A DNA stretch of 64,000 bases from Actinomycetales bacterium. GTDB taxonomy: Bacteria; Actinomycetota; Actinomycetes; Actinomycetales; CAWJMD01. The stretch spans positions 2,160-66,159 of the forward strand of contig JBBQSN010000001.1 in NCBI GenBank assembly GCA_038213835.1, in the 5' to 3' direction. Position numbers and translations under genes: made by a program. Positions 37,790-46,353 of this stretch are shown here, one piece after another; positions within the stretch are counted from its first letter, which is position 1; each line of letters begins with the position of its first letter. Under the pieces are notes generated by a model. That model did not search any database and was not told where the DNA came from. It saw only the letters and a program-made list of their open reading frames with translations.

Positions 37790-37790
37790 G
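37761..37790. repeat. 12-nt tandem duplication at the 5' end of the ACOX-like gene
   Basis: The unit cccatgtcggtg occurs twice plus a partial copy, encoding MGTD-MGTD-MG. Confidence 0.9.
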
Positions 37791-37869
37791 CCCCATCAAA
37801 ACCCGCGGCGCAGCGGTCCGCGAGCGATCCGCGGGTCGCGCTCGTCACAGGAGGGGGCACGCTGGGGCC

Positions 37870-38673
37870 ATGCGAATCGGCACCCTGAACGTGCACAGCG
37901 GGCGCAGCGCGCTCGACGGCCGGGTCGACGACGACCGGCTGGCCGACGCCGTCCGCCGGCTGGGGTGCGACGTGCTGGCGGTCCAGGAGGTCGACCGGAG
38001 CCAGGAGCGGTCGAACGGGACCGACCAGGCCGCGCTGGTGGCCGAGGCGGTCGGCGCGGTGGACCACCGGTTCGCCGCGACCGTCAGCGGGGTGCCCGGG
38101 TTCGCCTGGGTGCCCGCCACCGGCGACGAGCCGGACGGCTCGCCGGCCTACGGCATCGCGCTGGTGAGCCGGTTCCCGGTGAGCGCCTGGCGGGTGGTGC
38201 AGCTGCCGCCGCCGCCCCGGTACCTGCCCGTGCGGCTGCCGGTGCCGATCCCCGGCCGCGTGCTGCCGCTGCTGGTGAAGGAGGAGCCGCGCGTGGCGCT
38301 GGTCGCGCGGGTCGAGTCACCCACCGGGCCCCTGACGGTGGTGACCACGCACCTGTCGTTCATCCCGGGCTGGGGCACCCGGCAGCTGCGGCACCTCGTC
38401 GGCGACCTGCGCGCGGATGCGGGCAGGGCTCAGGACCAGACGCCGCTCGTGCTGGCCGGGGACCTCAACATCGGGCCACGGGCCGCCGCGTCCGCGTCCG
38501 GGCTGCGCGCGCTGGTGCGCGGCGCGACCTGGCCGGCCGACCGCCCGGCCCGCCAGCTCGACCACGTCCTGGCCGACGGGGTGCCGCGGTCCGCGGTGAC
38601 CCAGACCCAGGTGGTCCGCACCGGTGTCTCGGACCACCGGGCGCTCGTGCTCGACCTCGACCTCCGGGAATGA
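37870..38673 (+). CDS. Endonuclease/exonuclease/phosphatase (EEP) family protein
   Basis: Contains IGTLNVHSG, LAVQEV, LAGDLN and SDHRALV motifs. Confidence 0.85.
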   Translation: MRIGTLNVHSGRSALDGRVDDDRLADAVRRLGCDVLAVQEVDRSQERSNGTDQAALVAEAVGAVDHRFAATVSGVPGFAWVPATGDEPDGSPAYGIALVSRFPVSAWRVVQLPPPPRYLPVRLPVPIPGRVLPLLVKEEPRVALVARVESPTGPLTVVTTHLSFIPGWGTRQLRHLVGDLRADAGRAQDQTPLVLAGDLNIGPRAAASASGLRALVRGATWPADRPARQLDHVLADGVPRSAVTQTQVVRTGVSDHRALVLDLDLRE

Positions 38674-38719
38674 TTGTTGAACTCTCAAACTTATGGGGGT
38701 GAGACCAGGAGGCACCGCC

Positions 38720-39592
38720 ATGACCCGCTTCGACCAACATGCCTACGCCGCGCACCTCGAGCACGCGATCCCGCTCACCCGCGCACAGCGCCGGTGGAGC
38801 GAGGCCGACGGCGCGCTGCCGGCGATGTACCTCGGGCACGGCGCACCGCCGCTGCTCGATGACCCGCTGTGGCTGCGCCAGCAGCTCGACTGGGCGCTGA
38901 CGCTGCCCAAGCCCACGGCGGTGCTCATCGTCAGCGCGCACTGGGAGAACGCGCCGCTCAGCCTCTCCGGCGGGGCCCAGGGCACCCCGCTGGTCTACGA
39001 CTTCGGCGGCTTCGAGCAGCGGTTCTACGAGCTGACCTACGTGACGCCTGACGCCTCCGACCTCGCGCGCACCGTCGCCTCGCTGATGCCCGACACCGAG
39101 CAGGTGCACGAGCACGTCTCGCGCGGGCTCGACCACGGCGCCTGGGTGCCGCTCAAGGCGATGTACCCCGACGCGGACGTGCCGGTGCTGCAGATGTCGT
39201 TGCCCACGCACGACCCCGAGAGGCTGCTCGCCCTCGGACGCCGGCTGCGGCCCCTGCGCGAGCACGGCGTCCTGGTGATCGGCTCCGGCTTCATCACCCA
39301 CGGCCTGCCGTTCCTGCGCCGAGAGCACTGGACGAACCCGGACGCGTCCGCCCCCGCCTGGTCGGTCGACTTCGACGCCTGGGTCGGCGACGCCCTCGAG
39401 CGCGGCGACGTCGAGACCCTCGCGCGCTACACCTCGCTCGCGCCGGGCATGCCGTACGCCCACCCGACGGTGGAGCACTACTCGCCGCTGTTCGTCACCC
39501 TCGGTGCCTCCGACCGGCCGGACGCCCCGGCCCTCACCACCATCGACGGCTTCTGGATGGGCCTGTCGAAGCGGTCCTTCCAGGTGGCCTGA
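38720..39592 (+). CDS. Class III extradiol dioxygenase (LigB/YgiD-like, 4,5-DOPA dioxygenase family)
   Basis: Contains LGHGAPP, VSAHWE, RGLDHGAWVPL and PTVEHYSPLF. ATG 38720 is preceded by AGGAGG with a 7-nt spacer. The track start is 38693. Confidence 0.85.
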   Translation: MTRFDQHAYAAHLEHAIPLTRAQRRWSEADGALPAMYLGHGAPPLLDDPLWLRQQLDWALTLPKPTAVLIVSAHWENAPLSLSGGAQGTPLVYDFGGFEQRFYELTYVTPDASDLARTVASLMPDTEQVHEHVSRGLDHGAWVPLKAMYPDADVPVLQMSLPTHDPERLLALGRRLRPLREHGVLVIGSGFITHGLPFLRREHWTNPDASAPAWSVDFDAWVGDALERGDVETLARYTSLAPGMPYAHPTVEHYSPLFVTLGASDRPDAPALTTIDGFWMGLSKRSFQVA

Positions 39593-39607
39593 GGCATCCT
39601 GGCCCGC

Positions 39608-40759
39608 GTGGGTCCACTCGCGGGGATACGGGTCGTCGAGCTCGCGGGAATCGGCCCGGCGCCGTTCGCCTGCCGGCTGCTGGCCGACCTCGGGGCCGAC
39701 GTCGTCCGGGTCGACCGGGTGGGGGCCGGCGGCATCGGAGCGCCCACCGGCCTGCCCTCGGACGTGCTGCAGCGCGGCCGCCGGGCGGTGGCGATCGACC
39801 TCAAGCACGCCGAGGGACCAGACCTGGTGCTGCGCCTGGTCGCCGGCGCCGACGTCCTGGTCGAGGGCTTCCGCCCCGGGGTGACCGAGCGGGCCGGGCT
39901 GGGGCCGCACGACTGCCTGGCCGTGAACCCCTCGCTGGTCTACGGACGGATGACCGGCTGGGGCCAGGACGGTCCGCTCGCGGGCACCGCGGGGCACGAC
40001 GTCGACTACGTCGCGATCACCGGCGCCCTCGGGGCGATCGGCCAGGCCGGCGGACCGCCGGCGATCCCCGCGAACCTGCTCGGCGACCTCGCCGGCGGTT
40101 CCACCTACCTGGTGATGGGGGTGCTGGCCGCGCTGCTCGCGGTGAAGGGCGGCGCTCCGGGCCAGGTGGTCGACGCCGCGATCGTCGACGGCGTCGCCTC
40201 GCTCACCGGGTTCGTCCACGGGCTGCGAGGTGCGGGTGCGTGGCCGGGCGGCAGGGGCGAGAACCTGCTGGACGGCGGCGCGCCGTTCTACGCCGTGTAC
40301 CCCTGTGCCGTCGGCGGTCTCGTCGCCGTCGGGGCACTGGAGCCGCAGTTCTACGCCGAGCTGGTGCGGCTCTCGGGCATCGAGGTCACGCCGGCCGTCG
40401 ACCCCTCGACCCGGCTCGACCCGGTGCACTGGCCCGCGGCCCGCGCGCAGTGGACCTCCCTGTTCGGCTCCCGCAGCCGCGACGAGTGGGTCCGCGTCTT
40501 CGAGGGCTCCGACGCCTGCGTCGCGCCGGTCCTGGACTGGGACGAGGCCGCCGGCCACCCGCACCTGCGCGCGCGGGGGACGCTGGTCGAGGTGGGCGGC
40601 CAGGTGCAACCCGCTGCGGCACCGCGGTTCTCGGTCACGCCGGCCTCGATCGGCCGCGCACCCGTAGGCGTCGGCGCGGACACCGACACCGTGCTCGCCG
40701 AGCTGGGGCTGGACGCCGCGGAGGTCGTCCGGCTCCGGGCCGCCGGCGTCGTCGCCTGA
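39608..40759 (+). CDS. CaiB/BaiF family III CoA-transferase (alpha-methylacyl-CoA racemase-like)
   Basis: Contains GIRVVELAGIGPAPFA...LADLGADVVRVDR and GHDVDY motifs. Confidence 0.87.
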   Translation: MGPLAGIRVVELAGIGPAPFACRLLADLGADVVRVDRVGAGGIGAPTGLPSDVLQRGRRAVAIDLKHAEGPDLVLRLVAGADVLVEGFRPGVTERAGLGPHDCLAVNPSLVYGRMTGWGQDGPLAGTAGHDVDYVAITGALGAIGQAGGPPAIPANLLGDLAGGSTYLVMGVLAALLAVKGGAPGQVVDAAIVDGVASLTGFVHGLRGAGAWPGGRGENLLDGGAPFYAVYPCAVGGLVAVGALEPQFYAELVRLSGIEVTPAVDPSTRLDPVHWPAARAQWTSLFGSRSRDEWVRVFEGSDACVAPVLDWDEAAGHPHLRARGTLVEVGGQVQPAAAPRFSVTPASIGRAPVGVGADTDTVLAELGLDAAEVVRLRAAGVVA

Positions 40760-40871
40760 GGCGGGTCAGGGGCGGCTCGGGGGGCGGTCAGGGTGCCGCC
40801 GGATGGTCCGGCACGTCGCCGCCGGGCATCGTGGAGGGCGTCACGATGTACACCCCACCGAGGAAGCCGAC

Positions 40872-41150
40872 ATGAGCACCACGTTCGAGTCCGTCCACAC
40901 GTCGATGGCCCAGCAGGGCCTCGTCCGTCCCCAGCAGGGCCGACTGCTCGCGGGGGTGTGCACCGGCCTGGGACAGCGATTCGGCCTCGACCCGTGGCCG
41001 GCCCGCCTGCTCTTCCTGCTGGTCCTGCTGGTGCTGCCCGGCAGCCAGCTCGTCGTCTACGTCGTGCTGTGGATCCTGATGCCGGACCAGCGTCCCGCGG
41101 TGGTCACCACGCAGGCACCCCCGGCGCAGCCGACCCCCAAGAGCGTCTGA
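40872..41150 (+). CDS. PspC domain-containing small membrane protein
   Basis: Contains GRLLAGVCTGLGQRFGLDPWPARLLFLLVLL. ATG 40872 is preceded by GAGGAAG. The track ORF starts at 40803. Confidence 0.8.
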   Translation: MSTTFESVHTSMAQQGLVRPQQGRLLAGVCTGLGQRFGLDPWPARLLFLLVLLVLPGSQLVVYVVLWILMPDQRPAVVTTQAPPAQPTPKSV

Positions 41151-41220
41151 CGCCCCCCGGCCGGGTGCCCCGGTGAGAGGCCGCGAAACATCGGGGGGGC
41201 CCGCGGGCGTTGGAGCGGAC

Positions 41221-42081
41221 ATGCCCGACCACGGACACGACCTGCTCCTCGGGACCTTCCTGACCCCCTCGGCCGACGACCCGCATCGCGTGGTCGACCT
41301 CGCGCGGCTCACCGAGCAGTCCGGGCTCGATCTCGTCACGCTGCAGGACCACCCGTACCAGCCCCGGTTCCTCGACGCCTGGACCCTGCTCTCCTGGATG
41401 GCCGCCTCGACCTCTCGGGTGCGGCTGGCGCTGAACGTGGCGAACCTCCCGCTGCGGCCGCCGGCCGTGCTGGCGCGCAGCGCCGCCAGCCTCGACCTCC
41501 TCTCGGGCGGACGGGTCGAGCTCGGGCTGGGCACCGGCGCCTTCTGGGACGCCATCGAGGCCAACGGCGGGCCGCGCCGCTCCCCCGGCGAGGCCGTGAC
41601 CGCGCTGGAGGAGGCGATCGCCGCGATCCGCGCGCTCTGGGCCCCCTCGGGCGGCGTGCGGCTGGACGGCGAGCACTACCCGCTGCGCGGCGCCAGGGCC
41701 GGCCCGGCCCCCGCGCACGACATCGGCATCTGGGTCGGCGCCTACAAGCCTCGGATGCTGCGCCTGGTGGGTCGGCTGGCAGACGGCTGGCTACCCAGCG
41801 CGTCCAACTGCCCGCCGGACCAGCTGCCCGCGATGAACCGGGCGATCGACGAGGCCGCCGTGGCCGCCGGGCGCGACCCCGCAGCGATCCGCCGGCTCTA
41901 CAACATCGACGCGTCCTTCGACGCCGACCAGATCGCGGCGCTCGCGCTCGAGGAGGACGTCAGCGGGTTCGTCCTCGCCGCCGACGACCCGGACGCGGTC
42001 CGCCGGTTCGCCGAGGTCGCCGAGGAGGTGCGCGAGACCGTCGCCGCGGCGCGGGGTCTGGCGGCCACCTCGACCAGCTGA
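41221..42081 (+). CDS. LLM-class (luciferase-like) flavin/F420-dependent oxidoreductase
   Basis: Has a luciferase-like TIM-barrel pattern (LGTFLTP..., SGGRVELGLGTGAFW, RLADGWLP). ATG 41221 is preceded by GGAG. Confidence 0.83.
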   Translation: MPDHGHDLLLGTFLTPSADDPHRVVDLARLTEQSGLDLVTLQDHPYQPRFLDAWTLLSWMAASTSRVRLALNVANLPLRPPAVLARSAASLDLLSGGRVELGLGTGAFWDAIEANGGPRRSPGEAVTALEEAIAAIRALWAPSGGVRLDGEHYPLRGARAGPAPAHDIGIWVGAYKPRMLRLVGRLADGWLPSASNCPPDQLPAMNRAIDEAAVAAGRDPAAIRRLYNIDASFDADQIAALALEEDVSGFVLAADDPDAVRRFAEVAEEVRETVAAARGLAATSTS

Positions 42082-42310
42082 CGCTGGCAGAGCTCCTGGA
42101 CCCTCGGCGTCTCCCGCCAGTCGTACTGCCGGGTCGTGACCGGGCACCGGGTGATCCACGACGTGCTCGAGGGTGTCGACGTCATCTGCCTGCGTGCCGT
42201 GGTCGACCTGCTCACCGACACCCTGCTGTCGCACCTGGCGTACGAGGAGCGCGAGCTGGTGGAGTCGCTGGCGCGGCTGGTTCCGACCCTCGCCCGAGCT
42301 GGTCGAGGAC

Positions 42311-43042
42311 TCACCAGCGCACGGCGGGATCGAGCACCAGCGCACGCAGCTGCTCCGGGTCGGCCGGCTCGAACGGGTCCCTGGGCCCGGCCTCCGGTGG
42401 CAGCGGACCCATCACGTCGACCTGGATGAAGCCGGTGCGGTGCAGCAGCAGGTACTGCACGCGCTCGCCCTCGATCCGTAGCTCGAACAGCACCGAACCG
42501 TCGTCCTGCGGCTCGCGGTCGCACTCCGTCGGTCGCACGGTGACCTGCGAGCACCCCGTCGCGCCCGGGTCGGGAGGTGACGTCAGGTGGGCGGTCGCCA
42601 GCATGAAGCCGGGCCCGGTCGTGCCCGCCGAGACGTCGTCGATCGCTCCGGGCGAGAGCCCGAAGCCCACGTTGTTCCCGTAGCCGACGCTCCAGCGCGC
42701 GGTCTCGTCGGACAGCTGCAGCCCGGCCCGCACGATCGCCGCGTCACCGATGGCGTACATCTGCGTTGCGGGCCGCAGCGCCGTCGTCCGGCTCGGGTCG
42801 GGGGTCAGGGTGACCGAGGGCTGGCGCGCCGGCGGGGCCGAGCTCAGCAACGGGAGCCCGGTCACGAAGAGGGCGACGGCTGCGACCGCGACCACGGCGA
42901 CCGCGGCACCTCCCGCTCGGCGACGTACGGCGGTGCGACGCCGTCCGCGCCGGACGATCTCCTCGACCGGGACCCCGGCACCAGGACGGGCGTCGACGCT
43001 CTCGCGGACGCTGCGGACCAGCTGGTCGTCGGACAGGGTCAT
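42311..43042 (-). CDS. Single-pass membrane protein downstream of the ECF sigma gene (putative anti-sigma/associated protein)
   Basis: ATG 43042 overlaps the sigma-gene TGA (ATGA) and is preceded by GGAGG. One TM helix (AAVAVVAVAAVALFVTGL) is followed by an extracytoplasmic domain. Confidence 0.65.
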   Translation of the reverse strand: MTLSDDQLVRSVRESVDARPGAGVPVEEIVRRGRRRTAVRRRAGGAAVAVVAVAAVALFVTGLPLLSSAPPARQPSVTLTPDPSRTTALRPATQMYAIGDAAIVRAGLQLSDETARWSVGYGNNVGFGLSPGAIDDVSAGTTGPGFMLATAHLTSPPDPGATGCSQVTVRPTECDREPQDDGSVLFELRIEGERVQYLLLHRTGFIQVDVMGPLPPEAGPRDPFEPADPEQLRALVLDPAVRW

Positions 43043-43579
43043 CGGGTCACCTCCGGGGTGCGGGTCGTGCCGTCCTCGGACGAGGCGCCGAGCCGGCCGC
43101 GCAGGGCGGCGAGCCCGGCGCTGGTGGTGCTCTTGACGGTTCCCTCGCGGATCCGCCGCAGCCGCGCGGTGGTGGCGACGTCGAGGTCCTCGACGAACCG
43201 CAGCACCAGCACCTGGCGCTGCCGCGGGGGCAGCGAGTCGAGGGCGGCGTTCACGTGGTCGCGGTCGACGAGCGACTGCGCGTGGTCGGCGTGCGACCGG
43301 TCGCTGCCGGGCGGTGCGGCGGGGTCGGTGCTCACCTCGCGGCGCCAGGGCCGGCGGGTCGCGTCGATCGCGCACCGCACCAGGATCTGCCGCAGGTACG
43401 CCCGCGGGTTGTCGGCCGCGCTGACCCGGCGCCAGCGGGTGTACGCCTTGACCAGCGCCTCCTGCGCGAGGTCCTGGCCGGCGTGCCCGTCACCGGCCAG
43501 TGCCGACCCGACCCTGACGAGCCAGTCGTGGTGGGCCCCGGGCGAACTGCGCGAAGTCCTCCTCGTCGCTCTGCCTCAA
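43039..43579 (-). pseudogene. ECF (SigE-subfamily-like) RNA polymerase sigma factor interrupted by a 1-nt indel
   Basis: Region 4 and part of region 2 lie in track ORF 43039..43380 (...LPPRQRQVLVLRFVEDLDVATTARL...). That frame reads HHDWLVRVGSALAGDGHAGQDLAQEALVKAYTRWRRV upstream without any start codon. The true N-terminus (TTG 43579 preceded by GGGGAGG; LRQSDEEDFAQFAR) is in another frame. The two frames meet in the run cccggggccc (43533-43542). The total span is 541 nt, which is 3n+1. Confidence 0.7.
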
Positions 43580-43659
43580 CGCGCCTCCCCTCGTCCGGCG
43601 ACCCTGTCACCCCGATGACGGGACCGGGGGGACGGGAGGTTCAGTCGTGCGCCCGGACG

Positions 43660-44910
43660 TCAGAGACCGGCGGCGATGTCGGTGCGGTGCTGAGAGCCGT
43701 CCAGCGTGATCCGCTCGACCCCGGCGTACGCGGCGGCCCGCGCGGCGTCGAGGTCGGCGCCGGTACCGACCACGGACAGCACCCGGCCGCCGCCGGACAC
43801 CAGGACGCCGTCGTCGCGCCGGGTTCCGGCGTGCAGCACGTGGACGCCCTCGACCTCGTCGGCGGCGTCCAGCCCCGTGATCGGGTCGCCCGACCGGACG
43901 GCGTCCGGGTATCCGTGAGCAGCCACCACGACCGTGACGGCCGCCTCGTCGCGCCAGCGCAGGGTGACCAGGTCGGCCAGCCGGCCGGTGGCGGCGGCGT
44001 GCAGCAGGACGCCGAGCGGGGTGGCCAGCCGCGCCAGCACCACCTGGGTCTCGGGGTCGCCGAACCGGGCGTTGAACTCGATCACCCGCACGCCGCGCGA
44101 GGTGAGGGCGAGGCCGCAGTAGAGCAGGCCGCTGAAAGGCGTTCCACGACGCGCCATCTCGGCCACCACCGGCCGCGCGACCCGCTCCACCACCTCGTCG
44201 ACGAGACCTGACGGTGCCCACGGCAGCGGCGAGTACGCGCCCATGCCGCCGGTGTTGGGGCCCTCGTCGCCGTCCCCGAGCCGCTTGAAGTCCTGGGCCG
44301 GGGCGAGCGGCACGACGTCGACGCCGTCGGTCACGCAGAACAGCGACACCTCCGGGCCGTCGAGGAACTCCTCCACCACCACGGCCGCGCCCTCGCGGGC
44401 CAGGCACGCCTCGGCGTGGGCCAGGGCGGCGGCGCGGTCGTCGGTCACCACCACGCCCTTGCCGGCGGCGAGCCCGTCGTCCTTGACCACGTGCGGCGTG
44501 CCGAACGCGTCGAGCGCGGCGGCGACCTCGTCCAGGGTGGTGCACACGTGCGCCATGCCGGTGGGCACCTCGGCGGCGGCCATCACCTCCTTGGCGAACG
44601 CCTTGCTGCCCTCGAGGTGGGCAGCGGCCGCGCTGGGCCCGAAGCAGGCGATGCCCCGCTCGCGCACGGCGTCGGCCACCCCGGCCACCAGCGGAGCCTC
44701 GGGTCCGACGACCACGAGTTCGGCGCCCAGCTGGACCGCGAGGTCGGCCACGGCGGCGCCGTCCTCGACCTCGACCGGATGGCACAGAGCGACCGCCTCG
44801 ATCCCGGGGTTGCCGGGCGCGGCGACGACGACGTCGACCGAGGTGTCGAGCGACAGGGAGCGGACCAAGGCGTGCTCGCGGGCACCGGAACCGATCACGA
44901 GGACCTTCAC
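43660..44910 (-). CDS. purD: Phosphoribosylamine--glycine ligase
   Basis: Begins MKVLVIGSGAREHAL and has ATP-grasp motifs. Confidence 0.95.
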   Translation of the reverse strand: MKVLVIGSGAREHALVRSLSLDTSVDVVVAAPGNPGIEAVALCHPVEVEDGAAVADLAVQLGAELVVVGPEAPLVAGVADAVRERGIACFGPSAAAAHLEGSKAFAKEVMAAAEVPTGMAHVCTTLDEVAAALDAFGTPHVVKDDGLAAGKGVVVTDDRAAALAHAEACLAREGAAVVVEEFLDGPEVSLFCVTDGVDVVPLAPAQDFKRLGDGDEGPNTGGMGAYSPLPWAPSGLVDEVVERVARPVVAEMARRGTPFSGLLYCGLALTSRGVRVIEFNARFGDPETQVVLARLATPLGVLLHAAATGRLADLVTLRWRDEAAVTVVVAAHGYPDAVRSGDPITGLDAADEVEGVHVLHAGTRRDDGVLVSGGGRVLSVVGTGADLDAARAAAYAGVERITLDGSQHRTDIAAGL

Positions 44911-44936
44911 GGGCGGTCAGCCTAGCCAGGACGCGG

Positions 44937-46334
44937 TCAGCCGAAGACCTCGCCCAACGCCTTGCCGAGCAGCGCCACGCCGTACCGGGCCTCGTCCTCG
45001 CTGACGGTGCAGGGCGGCACGACGTGCACCCGGTTGCCGGCCAGGAACGGCAGCAGCCCACGCCGCCTGCACGCGCCCATCAGGTCGGTGATCGGCTTGG
45101 TCGCCGGACCGGCCGCTGCGTACGGCACCACCGGCTCGCGGGTCTCGCGGTCGGCGACCAGCTCGACGCCCCAGAACACGCCGGTGCCGCGGACGTCGCC
45201 GATCACCTGGTGCTCCTCGGCGAGCGCGTGCAGGGCCGGGCCGAGGACATCGGTGCCGATCCGCGCGGCGTGCTCGACGATCCCGTCGCGCTCCATCAGC
45301 TCGATCGTCGCCACGGCCGCTGCCGCGCCGAGCGGGTGGCCGGAGTAGGTGAGGCCGCCGGGATAGGGCCGGCTGTCGAAGGTCGCCGCGACCTCGTCCG
45401 AGATCGCCACCCCGCCCATCGGGACGTAGCCGGAGTTCACGCCCTTGGCGAAGGTGACCAGGTCGGGGTCGGCGGCCAGGCCGTCCTGCCCGTCCAGCTG
45501 GTAGCCGAACCACCGGCCGGTGCGGCCGAAGCCGGCCATCACCTCGTCCAGCACGAGCAGCAGGCCGTGCTCGGTGCACAGCCGCCGCACACCGGCCAGG
45601 TAGCCCGCGGGCGGGACCAGGATCCCGGCCGACCCCACGACCGACTCCAGCACGACGGCCGCCAGCGTGCTCGGGCCCTCGAGCCGGATCACCTGGTCGA
45701 GGTGCGCCAGCGCGCGCTCGCACTCCTGTGCCTGCGTCGTGGCGTCGAACGGCGAGCGGTACAGGTACGGGCCGAAGAAGTGCGACACCCCGGCCGTCCC
45801 GAGGTCGGTGGCCCAGCGTCTGGGCTCGCCCGTCAGCGCCATCGCCGTCGCCGTGTGGCCGTGGTAGCTGCGGTAGGCCGCCAGCACCTTGTGCTTCCCG
45901 GTGTGCAGCCGCGCCATCCGCACGGCGTTCTCGATCGCCTCGGTGCCGCCGTTCGTGAAGAACACCTTGGTCAGGCGGTCCCCGGGCAGGTGCTCGGTGA
46001 TGAGCCGCGCGGCCTCGGACCGCACACCGACCGCGTGCTGCGGTGCCGTGGCGAGCAGCCGGTCAGCCTGGTCCTTGATCGCCTGCACCACCACAGGATG
46101 CTGGTGGCCGATGTTGGTGAAGACCAGCTGGGATGAGAAGTCGAGCAGCCGGTTGCCGTCGCCGTCCCACACCCACGAGCCCTTCCCGCCCGCGAGCACC
46201 ATCGGGTCGAGTGCGCCCTGCGCCGACCACGAGTGGAAGACGTGTGCGCGGTCCAGCTCGTAGGCGCGGGCGGCGGCGGCGCGGTCGACCTCAAGGGTCG
46301 GTGCGTCGGCCGGCGGTGTGAGGTCGTGGCTCAT
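44937..46334 (-). CDS. Class III (omega) aminotransferase, PLP-dependent
   Basis: Contains FTNGGTEAIENA, DEVMAGFGRTG and TFAKG (the PLP lysine). Confidence 0.9.
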   Translation of the reverse strand: MSHDLTPPADAPTLEVDRAAAARAYELDRAHVFHSWSAQGALDPMVLAGGKGSWVWDGDGNRLLDFSSQLVFTNIGHQHPVVVQAIKDQADRLLATAPQHAVGVRSEAARLITEHLPGDRLTKVFFTNGGTEAIENAVRMARLHTGKHKVLAAYRSYHGHTATAMALTGEPRRWATDLGTAGVSHFFGPYLYRSPFDATTQAQECERALAHLDQVIRLEGPSTLAAVVLESVVGSAGILVPPAGYLAGVRRLCTEHGLLLVLDEVMAGFGRTGRWFGYQLDGQDGLAADPDLVTFAKGVNSGYVPMGGVAISDEVAATFDSRPYPGGLTYSGHPLGAAAAVATIELMERDGIVEHAARIGTDVLGPALHALAEEHQVIGDVRGTGVFWGVELVADRETREPVVPYAAAGPATKPITDLMGACRRRGLLPFLAGNRVHVVPPCTVSEDEARYGVALLGKALGEVFG

Positions 46335-46353
46335 GAGCGCACCCTACGGGCGG

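Noticed and set aside
38674-38700. The sequence GTTGAACTCTCAAAC upstream of the dioxygenase gene, considered as an operator palindrome.
   Set aside because: Only the outer 3-4 bp are self-complementary. I kept it only as an A/T-rich patch noted within the cluster finding.
38465-40609. A 714-aa minus-strand ORF. Similar long ORFs are 21575..23581 -, 22063..24045 +, 35747..37888 +, 48256..50376 -, 48804..50894 +, 15996..17969 + and 43607..45061 -.
   Set aside because: All of these lie opposite or out of frame relative to genes with clear family motifs: dioxygenase/CoA-transferase, dnaX, the ACOX-like gene, PolDom/GNAT/LLM, ask/CAP and purD. Their composition is typical of non-coding frames in GC-rich DNA.
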